Below are positions 9,601 to 16,992 of a stretch of 20,000 nt of DNA, piece after piece (the stretch's first letter is position 1; each line of letters opens with the position of its first letter). A program made the translations under genes and the position numbers. This DNA comes from an uncultured virus (IMG/VR IMGVR_UViG_3300046796_000566) (lineage: Duplodnaviria > Heunggongvirae > Uroviricota > Caudoviricetes). The stretch lies in IMG/VR virus record IMGVR_UViG_3300046796_000566. One strand, written 5' to 3'. The notes beneath the pieces are model-generated. The model did no database searches, had not been told where the DNA came from, and worked only from the letters and a program-made list of their open reading frames with translations.

Positions 9601-10300
9601 CCTGAACCGTGAATGTCTCAGCCGCTGCGACAATCATTCTCATTCCCGGCCCAATGCCGACAGATGCCACCGGGGACACCGATGCCCATCCGGTCGTGCC
9701 CGTGTCATAAACGATTTTCGAAATGGTCGTGTTGACCCTCGATGTCGTCGATGGCGCACCGGCAGTTCCTCCCTGGGTCCATCCCGTGGTGGCTTGGAAG
9801 CTGTCGATCTCTTTATAGAGCGGAACCGTTGTCAGGCCAACAGCGGGAGCGGTTGCCGGTTCAGGCAGCCCAATGGTATGCAGCGCCCCGGCGGAGGATA
9901 CCTTGCGCATTCGGGAGCGGTCCGCGACATACATGAATGCGGCAGGAGATGCATCCGGCTTCCACGGTACCAAGGCCAGCGGGTCTCCAGAATATCCCGA
10001 GTCCAGATCCGTGAAGCTGCCCTGTCCATAAGCCAGATGTGTTCCAGCTCCCACCACGCGGGTGAATGTGGAGTTGGCCGGATCGTTCAGCCGTCGGCAG
10101 GAATGAACCGGAGTTTGTCCGGCAACCACCTGCGCAATATCGGTGAGTCCAAAACGCGGCTCGATCTGTCCGGCAGTATAGCTTCGGACATTTTTCAACA
10201 ATGGAAATTTGTTCTGCTTGACCGAGTCTACAGGCCGGTTCAAATCGACCCCGGTGCAGTCCAACCGATGCGTATCGCGTTCGTATTTTGTTTCCGGCAT
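6680..10300 (-). CDS. Tail nozzle/stabilisation-type protein with inserted accessory domains, 1206 aa
   Basis: N-terminus GVDLNRPVDSVKQNKFPLLKNVR...IEPRFG, blade-like segments (GRLYYSNP, ISFLGKDGIY) and late ITTPSTDQGDPRQNKLYGDIMLD fit the P22 gp10/T7 gp12-type nozzle pattern. Follows the adaptor genes. Confidence 0.7.
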   Translation of the reverse strand: MPETKYERDTHRLDCTGVDLNRPVDSVKQNKFPLLKNVRSYTAGQIEPRFGLTDIAQVVAGQTPVHSCRRLNDPANSTFTRVVGAGTHLAYGQGSFTDLDSGYSGDPLALVPWKPDASPAAFMYVADRSRMRKVSSAGALHTIGLPEPATAPAVGLTTVPLYKEIDSFQATTGWTQGGTAGAPSTTSRVNTTISKIVYDTGTTGWASVSPVASVGIGPGMRMIVAAAETFTVQAVYPGTASTTVASVIYDSGTTGLASVVLATSFPEAAADVLVLNTGAANETVRIVAAIPGPDGSISLRVSTTGTWVAGDNVQVLPTFRAYFTGTRAATNTLTESALRTAVTTGTGTLTKTAALDLTIVGSTVSAKPEDLMHVSLRVSDQTLLTELKVQLDVDSSVNTFTQNFYTYSMRASDLTPSVSNLQSLLATRQDLMERIIVDTPVSPYKGVPNEFEPSKPIIQRAVDYFNTQKATVASEQTTLAQINSAISAQLDSGASQFVEITFPLSSLVRVGTDKSRSLANVATVQLVVLATGSINVDICAWWIGGGYGPNSYSVTASPYFYRYRARNPATNVASNFSPATRYPVLANRQSVTVSPTQYAAPSGTSLSTTDFVIDIDRFGGEVPDWHYVGTIANAASPSFADIYPDDVVVGQPIQSNNNAQPWPIIGTPVTGTTGTVSGTTINDSGTTFNTSWAQGTLILVNNQPYHIYRVISTSRLEIVENAGSQTSVVWRIDQPTILAQPLPCLWESNNIFFACGDSTNPGRLYYSNPNSETTTSTNYLDVTSPSEPLMNGLEYNIRVYVFSSDNFIQILPNNDPQHPYISQIIPNGKGLFARWALTREPAPAISFLGKDGIYITTGGSPKSLTDDDLYPLFPNEGNLGNHTNGVAAPNIVSAQAANLRLCYYDEFLYFDYAAVSGGAVSQATLVLAFDLGQGGTSWFWDNYTPTAQFHYGEEGSGVHSLLVGTTSSTHLYQYSGVSDAGSAFTIAITTPSTDQGDPRQNKLYGDIMLDANTASVTVTATPTFNNAATSGTPVSVTTASRLQTPIPTSSAWNTARNIGLTLTASVSTSSRPIFYIWEPRWTFESAPISALSWEISPTTFGMEDFKHFGLCKVTHVSTVDLSLIVTIDGVAQPTLTITNSGGAYVQTVFRVPVYKGKLYKIRLATSDGTTPFRLDPRDSFFQVKNWGSDSPYSELRLFSDYAMVQG

Positions 10301-11689
10301 TTATACGTCTCCCACCGTCACTGCGCCCACGCCAAAGGTTCGCTTCAACCATGCATCCACACGGCGCGGAACACCTTCCTTCTGGCGCTCGGATTGAAGC
10401 GCGGACGACATGGCCGCACGCACCGATGCCGATATCCTCTGGTTGTAGGTGATCGACTGCAGCAGGAAATTCTCTGCCTGCCGCTCGCTGGCATGCCATT
10501 CCCCACCGGCACACTTAAACAGCGCCAGGTGCTCGGCATAATCGATGATCATATCCAGCTGTTCTCTTCCCGCCTGCACGTATGAGGCTCCAGATGCCGG
10601 TATGGGTGCAGAGCGTATGACATCGAGGGCCACCGAATGCGACGTGGATGGAACTGCTGCCAGCCCCACCAGGTTTGGTGCGGCCAATACAAGGTCCATG
10701 ACCGGCTGCAGGACACTGGAGGAGATGTTCTGCCAGTTTGGAGATGCCGCATCCATTTCGGCCAGCGTGGATGGGATCAACGGAAGCCCATCGATTTCCC
10801 CGTGAAGTACAACCGGTAGCATCCGGGCCATCTGTACATACTGCTGGTAGCGCTTCTCACAGAAGTCCGCCCGAATCGGATCCGCTGCCAATCCATCCTT
10901 GCCCAGCAGGTCGGCCAGTGCTCCCCACTTGATGGCAGGAGAGAGATTGTCCGGAATTCCAAGAACCGTGGCTGTATTGGCCGGATCCAGGGCCTTGCTA
11001 TCCACGGTCAACAGCTCCATGCGGCCCGATGCCGCCGGGGGCGGAAACAGCTGGATCTCGAGTGGTGGGGCCGCCATGATGGAATACTCATTCGGTATCC
11101 CGGGAGTGGTCGACCATGCGGTTGAAGATGCCGTCATCAACCGTTCATCATCCCTCCACATCCGGCTGTAGTAACTCTCCGGGGCAGCTCCGATCCATGC
11201 TGCACGGCGCACATCGATGGTGGACTGCGCCAAGACCTCGCGTCCAATCTGCGGCGATGAGCTGGTGACAAGAGACCGGTTGACCACCACCCCGGTATCG
11301 GACATGAACTGGTTCAGCCGATTCTGAACAGCGGCGGAGACATCGGCATAGGTGAACATCTCCGTGCCGGTCCATGCGGTCTGGCTGGAGGCCGATTCCA
11401 GCAATGCAAACTGGATCTGCTGAATGATGTCCCGGTCGGTCACCGTGGGCGAGAGAATCAGCCCGGAGCTGCTGGAAAGAAGCGACTGGATGTCATAGAA
11501 CGCCGTAGCGGCTGTGGTTGAGAACACTCCGCGCTCGCGCCAGAACCCGGAGGCCAGCGCAAACGTGCGCAGCGCTTCAATGAGATAAAGCGGAATCTCG
11601 GTCGAGGTCCAGAAGGCCTGGGTGACATCGCCCAGCCGCGTCGATAACTGGGTCTGGAGCTGTGTCCATGTCGTGTGTTGATATGCCAT
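10301..11689 (-). CDS. Head-tail adaptor/ring protein with internal duplication, 462 aa
   Basis: Adaptor-type N-terminus TWTQLQTQLSTRLGD...FWTSTEIPLYLIEALRTFA, plus IQLFPPP and IPDNLSPAIKWGALADLL motifs. Lies immediately upstream of the nozzle gene. Confidence 0.7.
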   Translation of the reverse strand: MAYQHTTWTQLQTQLSTRLGDVTQAFWTSTEIPLYLIEALRTFALASGFWRERGVFSTTAATAFYDIQSLLSSSSGLILSPTVTDRDIIQQIQFALLESASSQTAWTGTEMFTYADVSAAVQNRLNQFMSDTGVVVNRSLVTSSSPQIGREVLAQSTIDVRRAAWIGAAPESYYSRMWRDDERLMTASSTAWSTTPGIPNEYSIMAAPPLEIQLFPPPAASGRMELLTVDSKALDPANTATVLGIPDNLSPAIKWGALADLLGKDGLAADPIRADFCEKRYQQYVQMARMLPVVLHGEIDGLPLIPSTLAEMDAASPNWQNISSSVLQPVMDLVLAAPNLVGLAAVPSTSHSVALDVIRSAPIPASGASYVQAGREQLDMIIDYAEHLALFKCAGGEWHASERQAENFLLQSITYNQRISASVRAAMSSALQSERQKEGVPRRVDAWLKRTFGVGAVTVGDV

Positions 11690-11700
11690 ACCGCTTCACT

Positions 11701-12183
11701 TTACTTGCCTGCGACGGTCCAGACCGTGCCATTAAAGAAGGCGAGCACCTTATTGGTAGAGCTGCCTGCAATGGTTGCACCCCAGACAATGGTGTTGCTG
11801 TCGGTCACCGTTGCCAGCATCCCCAGAACCCCGGTGGGAAGGTTGGCGAATATCACCGGTAGTAAGGCGTCGAAGGCTTGCACGTCTCCAATGGTGAATG
11901 GAGTTGCAATCCCTCCGCCGGAGAACACAATGTCATAGCGTCCATTGGCCACATAAAAGAACCACGTCCCATCGGATCCGGCGGTGAATGGATTGGCCTT
12001 GGATGTGGGCGCAGTAAGGTTATCGGAGAAGATGGTCGACAGCGTGACCCCATCTCCTGCTGGATGAACCGTTACCGTGCAGGATGGGAACGAGCCCTGA
12101 GTTTTATTCGAGCTCGTGTTCCCGGTTCCTGCAATGGCAACAATCGTATTACCTTGTTCGCAAAACCCAGCAACCTTCTGCAT
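11701..12183 (-). CDS. Short fibre/spike-like virion protein, 160 aa
   Basis: IFSDNL...ANPFTAGSDGTWFFYVANGRYDIVFSGGG resembles the N-terminal virion-attachment domain of podovirus tailspikes/fibres. It is followed by only a short beta knob (LPTGVLGMLATVTDS...FFNGTVWTV). Confidence 0.6.
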   Translation of the reverse strand: MQKVAGFCEQGNTIVAIAGTGNTSSNKTQGSFPSCTVTVHPAGDGVTLSTIFSDNLTAPTSKANPFTAGSDGTWFFYVANGRYDIVFSGGGIATPFTIGDVQAFDALLPVIFANLPTGVLGMLATVTDSNTIVWGATIAGSSTNKVLAFFNGTVWTVAGK

Positions 12184-12186
12184 GGA

Positions 12187-12387
12187 TTAGAACTGGTCGG
12201 ACTCTCCCGATGGAGCAGGGACCGATCCGTCCATGACCTTCTCCGGGACGGCATTGGGGGACTTGGTTCGACGGAATTCGGAGAATCCGGGACAGTCATC
12301 CCCATCATAAGTTCCCGGGCCGCCCTTGTATCCCGCCGGTGTCTTGACGAACTCTGCGCTCATCGGTGTATCTACAAAATCAGACAT
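12187..12387 (-). CDS. Small Pro/Gly-rich hypothetical protein, 66 aa
   Basis: AAGGAG RBS 7 nt upstream. Fills the gap between its neighbours. Confidence 0.7.
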   Translation of the reverse strand: MSDFVDTPMSAEFVKTPAGYKGGPGTYDGDDCPGFSEFRRTKSPNAVPEKVMDGSVPAPSGESDQF

Positions 12388-12399
12388 AGTCGTTCTCCT

Positions 12400-13626
12400 T
12401 TAAATCGCGTGGCTCTGAAGCCATGCCGCATCTCCAAGCGGTGTCGCAAAGCCCCACAGCATGCTCGGGTACGCATAGGCAAAATCCTGTTGCCAGACAT
12501 TGTCGTCCTGGACTTCCAATAGCTGGATCTGGCCTTGAACCTTCCTCTCATGATATGCGGCATTTGTCACGGAAAAGTAGGGATTGGGCTTGTCCGGCGA
12601 TGCCCCAGGCCAGGTACAAACCTCCGCCATGGCCATGTCGACGAGCACGTCTCCACGGATGTAGCGCGGCAACACCGCGTTGACATCATCCAGGTCCTTT
12701 GCCCGCATTTCGTAGAGGAATGGGTATACATGCTGGGCCTGCTGGTGGGGCCAGATCTCGTAAAACGGCAGGCCAGCATTCGATATCGCCGTACAGTTGA
12801 CGATGAAGATATTCCCAATCGTATAGGTCTGCCCGGTTGGGAAGGACACAGAAACCCCATCCATCAAACTCTGGGCAGCCCCTAAGGAATCGGTTGTAAC
12901 GCCAGTGGTATAGCTTCCACTGTTTTTCTTCCATTTGAACACCGCCGTTCCCGATGCGCCGGTCGTGGTGATTTCAATCGTGAATGTCGCGTCCGATGGT
13001 CCTGAAAAGACCCCTCCGGTAACCGGAACGGACCCAGACCCGGACACGGTCAGTGGCTGGCTTACAACGCCAACCTGCGACGACGTATACCCACGGAATG
13101 AGACCACAAAGGCGTTGCCGGTATTGGACCGTTGGGCATCCCATATGTTGATTTCCTTCTGGTCGATGTCGAGCATCAGCTGCCAGTTGAACGATGGATC
13201 CCAGACCGTTATGAACTGATGGAAATCGTCAGGAGGCGTGAAATAACACTGATAAATCGCATAAGACGAGCCAGTCGCGGTAGGCCCGCCAAACGGAGTA
13301 TCCAGGTCCATGGAAGTCGCCGAATTGAAAGTTGCAATCGTATAAATCGGTGAAGCCAGTCCGGTCCGGAACTGCCGCCCAACCATAGACGCAGTCCAGA
13401 CCGTACTGGTCCCGGTCACTGTCGTCGACCCGTTGGTCACGGCAATGGTTCCGGTCGAGTAAACCTGTGGAGCAATGAACTGGCTGAACTTCACCATCCA
13501 GCTCCATCGGCGCATCTCTGCAAGCCGACGAAAAGCATTGACGATGAAGTCCTGCGCCAGCTTCGGTGGAAGCATCGGGCAGCGGAGCATGACCTTACCC
13601 CAGCAATCTGCGTAAGTATCCAGCAC
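12400..13626 (-). CDS. Head-tail adaptor/ring protein with two inserted beta domains, 408 aa
   Basis: AAGGAGG RBS with GTG start. Adaptor-like helices (KLAQDFIVNAFRRLAEMRRWSWM), the motifs PPDDFHQFI and YEIWPH, and C-terminal helices, interrupted by Thr/Gly/Ser-rich beta modules. Confidence 0.7.
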   Translation of the reverse strand: MLDTYADCWGKVMLRCPMLPPKLAQDFIVNAFRRLAEMRRWSWMVKFSQFIAPQVYSTGTIAVTNGSTTVTGTSTVWTASMVGRQFRTGLASPIYTIATFNSATSMDLDTPFGGPTATGSSYAIYQCYFTPPDDFHQFITVWDPSFNWQLMLDIDQKEINIWDAQRSNTGNAFVVSFRGYTSSQVGVVSQPLTVSGSGSVPVTGGVFSGPSDATFTIEITTTGASGTAVFKWKKNSGSYTTGVTTDSLGAAQSLMDGVSVSFPTGQTYTIGNIFIVNCTAISNAGLPFYEIWPHQQAQHVYPFLYEMRAKDLDDVNAVLPRYIRGDVLVDMAMAEVCTWPGASPDKPNPYFSVTNAAYHERKVQGQIQLLEVQDDNVWQQDFAYAYPSMLWGFATPLGDAAWLQSHAI

Positions 13627-13647
13627 CGCCGCCCTCCTTGTTGCGAA

Positions 13648-13896
13648 TTACAGACCCGACACGCTGCCGTAAAATGTCACCGCGCCACCGGAGGCGAGAG
13701 TGATGACATTCCCGGATACGGCGAACCCGTAGCTGGCATTGGTAATCGGCGTAAGCGAGATCTCCCAGACGGTCTTGATTCCCGGCACCGCCCATGTGTC
13801 TCCGTTGGCTGCAAAGGCAACCGATGTTGCGGTGACCTGACGAAGATCCCCATTCAGCCGGTTCTGCTTTCGTCCTGTGACTGTTGCTGCTGGCAT
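13648..13896 (-). CDS. Small beta-rich virion protein, 82 aa (possible minor capsid/decoration protein)
   Basis: GGGAGG RBS. All-beta pattern. Lies between the decoration-like gene and the adaptor. Confidence 0.65.
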   Translation of the reverse strand: MPAATVTGRKQNRLNGDLRQVTATSVAFAANGDTWAVPGIKTVWEISLTPITNASYGFAVSGNVITLASGGAVTFYGSVSGL

Positions 13897-13905
13897 AAGC
13901 CTCCC

Positions 13906-14484
13906 TTACTGCACCATCGGAATATCGACATCGCACGGGGTCACGTTCGCCACGTTGATACCACGCACTTTACCGATAGACATGACCGTGATCTGAGTTC
14001 CGGCGGCCACGGTTGCAGCCTGCGCTGCGGTTGCCGAGGTGTCTCCCACCAGGTTGTCTCCGACTGCCGGAGATCCGGTGGTCTTCACCGAGATGTTCTG
14101 TCCGGCCTGCAGGACGTCGCAGTAGTTACCTGCGGTCACTGCCGAGCGGAAGATTCCCGCGATGAAGTTTCGGAACGCGTTGTTGGCTATCCCTGCACCA
14201 CCCAGGGCCTGGGCCGAGTCATTGGTGACAAGATACTGGCTCTTGTCCTTCCAATATGCCAGCTGGTTGGCTGCAACGACTCCCGAAAGCGACGATGCCG
14301 TGGCTCCCGAGTCCAGCTTCACGCGCTGGTAGGCGCGGTCCGGTGGAGTTCCCTGAAACCGGACTCCCAGGGATCCGGGCTGTCCGCCCATACCCGTGAA
14401 ATCGGTAATCGAGATGTTGGTCGTATCCGGGTTGCCCGTTGGGAGCCATACTGTTCCGGCGGACTGTCGATTTGAATCACTCAT
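13906..14484 (-). CDS. Capsid decoration/cement-like protein, 192 aa
   Basis: AAGGAG RBS, directly after the capsid gene. IAGIFRSAVTAGNYCDVLQAG...SPAVGDNLV matches the pattern of beta-tulip (gpD/DUF2190-like) decoration proteins. Confidence 0.65.
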   Translation of the reverse strand: MSDSNRQSAGTVWLPTGNPDTTNISITDFTGMGGQPGSLGVRFQGTPPDRAYQRVKLDSGATASSLSGVVAANQLAYWKDKSQYLVTNDSAQALGGAGIANNAFRNFIAGIFRSAVTAGNYCDVLQAGQNISVKTTGSPAVGDNLVGDTSATAAQAATVAAGTQITVMSIGKVRGINVANVTPCDVDIPMVQ

Positions 14485-14505
14485 TGATTTGCTCCTTTCT
14501 CGGGA

Positions 14506-15579
14506 TTAACCCGTGATCCCAAATAGCTGTTTGTGGAAACGTGGAGCAAACGTCATCGCATAGGCCAGAAGAACCTGTCCGGCGACCTTGGTGTTGCCCT
14601 GTGCTGGCTTGAATCCCGTGAACCCAAGCTGATACTCCGGGTCATCCGAGATGTACATGTTCATGTACGGCTTGCGCACATTGAGCATGAACAGGGTCTC
14701 GGATGTCAGTGTCGGGTATGCGGTCAGCGCACCACCGGACATGAACTTGAAGAAGTTGGTCGCGTTGGTGTCGCCAGTACCGGAGATGTAGGTTCCCGGC
14801 ATGTAGCGGTCACGAAGCACGATGGCATCGTTGAACTTCATGCCATTGAATCCAATCTTCGGATCCTGGGTATCGTTGAAACGCTGCTGGGTCTGGAACT
14901 TCTCCTTGATGTAGGAGTATCCCAGGTAGGTCGTCACCAGATGCGTCGGCTCTTTCTGGGGACCGAAGGAACAGTTTCCGTACTGCTCTTCCAGTGTCGG
15001 GTACTCGATGGTTCCTCCGACGTTGAGCGGGATCGAGTTGATCGTTGTCCCGACCGCACCACCTCGAGTGATCGTGCCGTAGGTGGAATAGGTTGCCCCG
15101 TCCCAACCGTTGGTCGATCCATCGCTGAGCGCTTCCGCGAGCCCATTGATGTTCTTGGTGTAGTTGGCCGACTGGCCATTGAGCGGGATCGCGATGTCGA
15201 TGAACGCTCCCATGGTCATGTAGGCGTTGGTCATGCGGGACTGGATCAGCCGGAACGCCGCATTGTCGCCCTTGTTGATGACCTGGATGTCTTCCTTGGT
15301 CAGGGTGACGTTGACTTCCTGGAACTTGATGTTGAACTGAAGCTCCTGTTCAACCTGCGGCTCGGTGATATCGAAGTCCTGCCCCTTGGCATAAGGACCT
15401 CCAATCAATCCGCCGTAGTAGAAGTTTTCACCGATCAAACGACCACCGGTAAAATCTTCACGGACCGATGTTTTTGCCAGGGCTGACAATGCAGCTTCCT
15501 GAAACACCATGTCCACCAGCTTTGGTGTATTTCGAATATACCGCCGTGTCGCGGTATCAATCGCAGATAGTTCTGCCAT
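14506..15579 (-). CDS. Major capsid protein (probable HK97 fold), 357 aa
   Basis: Size, very strong codon bias and position after the scaffold-like gene. Motif pattern PKLVDMVF...GGRLI, INGLAEAL, YGTITR, PTHLVTT, GFNGMKFNDAIVLRD, C-terminal PRFHKQLFGITG. Confidence 0.88.
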   Translation of the reverse strand: MAELSAIDTATRRYIRNTPKLVDMVFQEAALSALAKTSVREDFTGGRLIGENFYYGGLIGGPYAKGQDFDITEPQVEQELQFNIKFQEVNVTLTKEDIQVINKGDNAAFRLIQSRMTNAYMTMGAFIDIAIPLNGQSANYTKNINGLAEALSDGSTNGWDGATYSTYGTITRGGAVGTTINSIPLNVGGTIEYPTLEEQYGNCSFGPQKEPTHLVTTYLGYSYIKEKFQTQQRFNDTQDPKIGFNGMKFNDAIVLRDRYMPGTYISGTGDTNATNFFKFMSGGALTAYPTLTSETLFMLNVRKPYMNMYISDDPEYQLGFTGFKPAQGNTKVAGQVLLAYAMTFAPRFHKQLFGITG

Positions 15580-15596
15580 TCTCTAAATCCTCTTGG

Positions 15597-16412
15597 TTAG
15601 GCAGGTTGTTTTTCAGTCAGGCCTTCAAAGAACGACGCCCGGGAATGTGCCTCCGCCTCGGACTCGTTCATCTTTTCGATCTTTACGTCCTTATCAAACA
15701 TGGGAGAAAACTGATTTGGCCGACTGTCCGACGGGATAACCTTGCGGGAGAAGCCATCGCGCAATCCTTCGTTGTAACGCTCCTCCATCTTCTTGTTCAT
15801 CTCGGCTTCGCGAACTTTCTCCATCTCCGGACTGACAAACTTCTCGTACGCCAATCGGAGATCGCCACCCCATTCGGGGTGTTCCTTCCACTGCGATTCG
15901 AAAGTCTTCACGTCCAACGGCTTCTTGAAAGTCGTCATATGGTTCTCGCGGACCTCGATGTAATCCAGCGTGGCCTTGTCCCTGCGCCCGAACTGGGCTT
16001 CGACTTCGGCCTTATACGCAAGCATCATCTTGTCGATATCTTCTTTGCTCAGCACGTTTCCACCTCCACGGTTGTTGTCCTTGAGAAAGTCCTTCTGCCC
16101 TTCGGCATCCAGCGGCCCATACTTGGCTTCATAGGCCTTCAGCTTGTCGATTCCGGCCACATACGTGTCGTACTTCTCAAGCTCGGTCTGGTGCCAGGTC
16201 TGGTACTCGGCATCTTTCTCTTCCTTTGCCTTGGTTCGCACCGCGTCCATGTCGTGCGAGTAATCCGGTAAAGGTTTGAATCGTTCCGTAAAGGTCTTGG
16301 CGAACTTTTCGTTTCCCAGCATCGCTTCCACCTGCTTGATTTCGTCTTCTCCAAGCCCAGCATCCACGGCCATTTGACGGTAGTACGCTTTGATATCTGA
16401 AACTTTCGGCAT
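15597..16412 (-). CDS. Putative capsid scaffolding protein, 271 aa
   Basis: Highly charged (E/K/D), helical, contains DYSHDM and LAYEK segments, and lies immediately upstream of the capsid gene. GGGAG RBS. Confidence 0.7.
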   Translation of the reverse strand: MPKVSDIKAYYRQMAVDAGLGEDEIKQVEAMLGNEKFAKTFTERFKPLPDYSHDMDAVRTKAKEEKDAEYQTWHQTELEKYDTYVAGIDKLKAYEAKYGPLDAEGQKDFLKDNNRGGGNVLSKEDIDKMMLAYKAEVEAQFGRRDKATLDYIEVRENHMTTFKKPLDVKTFESQWKEHPEWGGDLRLAYEKFVSPEMEKVREAEMNKKMEERYNEGLRDGFSRKVIPSDSRPNQFSPMFDKDVKIEKMNESEAEAHSRASFFEGLTEKQPA

Positions 16413-16470
16413 GTCGTTCTCCCAATAGCCTGCCTGACGGCCCAGCTACCTGATGCGGACGGTTGAAAAA

Positions 16471-16860
16471 CTAAGCCTGCCCTGTCTGGACCTGCGGTGC
16501 TGCCGGTGGCGGGGTGGGTGCTCCACTTCCGCCTCCAAGCCCACTCCCACTGGATCCTGGAGAGCCGCCTGAAACCATGTCGGCCACCTGTTGAGGGATG
16601 ACCGCTTCAAATCCCTGGATCATCTGTTGAATGCCTCCCGACAACATCGGGAGCTTGGATGCCAGCTTCAAAAGTTCCTGCCGTGTCTTGCCCCACTGCA
16701 TCATCACGGCAATCGCCGGGTTGGTCAGGTCGATCCCGGAATCCTGCGGCGAATTATCCGATGCCATCGCCATCAGGCTTTTCCCCTGACGCGGTGGCTG
16801 CGGGGGCGCGGAGTCGAGCGCTCGGCCCTGCGATGTCTCCTGATTCATGCCGATGTCCAC
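16471..16860 (-). CDS. Hypothetical protein, 129 aa (helical core, Pro/Gly/Gln-rich tails)
   Basis: GGAGG 7 nt before the GTG start. First gene after the structured intergenic region. Confidence 0.75.
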   Translation of the reverse strand: MDIGMNQETSQGRALDSAPPQPPRQGKSLMAMASDNSPQDSGIDLTNPAIAVMMQWGKTRQELLKLASKLPMLSGGIQQMIQGFEAVIPQQVADMVSGGSPGSSGSGLGGGSGAPTPPPAAPQVQTGQA

Positions 16861-16877
16861 TCGTTACCTCCGATAGA

Positions 16878-16937
16878 CCAACAAAAAGGGCTTCCACCCG
16901 GCTCGTCGACGAGTGAAAGCCCTTTTACTGCTGTTGG
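16878..16937 (-). terminator. Long stem-loop with U-tract (intrinsic terminator/attenuator-like or RNA processing site)
   Basis: Minus-strand RNA AAAAGGGCUUUCACUCG-[UCGACGAGC]-CGGGUGGAAGCCCUUUU forms 17 bp including two G-U pairs. It can extend via CCAACA/UGUUGG across a 5-nt bulge. Confidence 0.6.
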
Positions 16938-16992
16938 CGATCTTTAAACCCCATGCCTGGGGTAGACCAGAATTGTTTCGAGAAGGGGCGGG

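Noticed and set aside
14533..15486. 317-aa plus-strand ORF antisense to the capsid gene (likewise 5673..6665, 9794..10585, 15468..16271 and other plus-strand ORFs)
   Set aside because: Shadow ORFs expected from strong codon bias in GC-rich genes. They are fully overlapped by coherent minus-strand genes and have no recognisable motifs.
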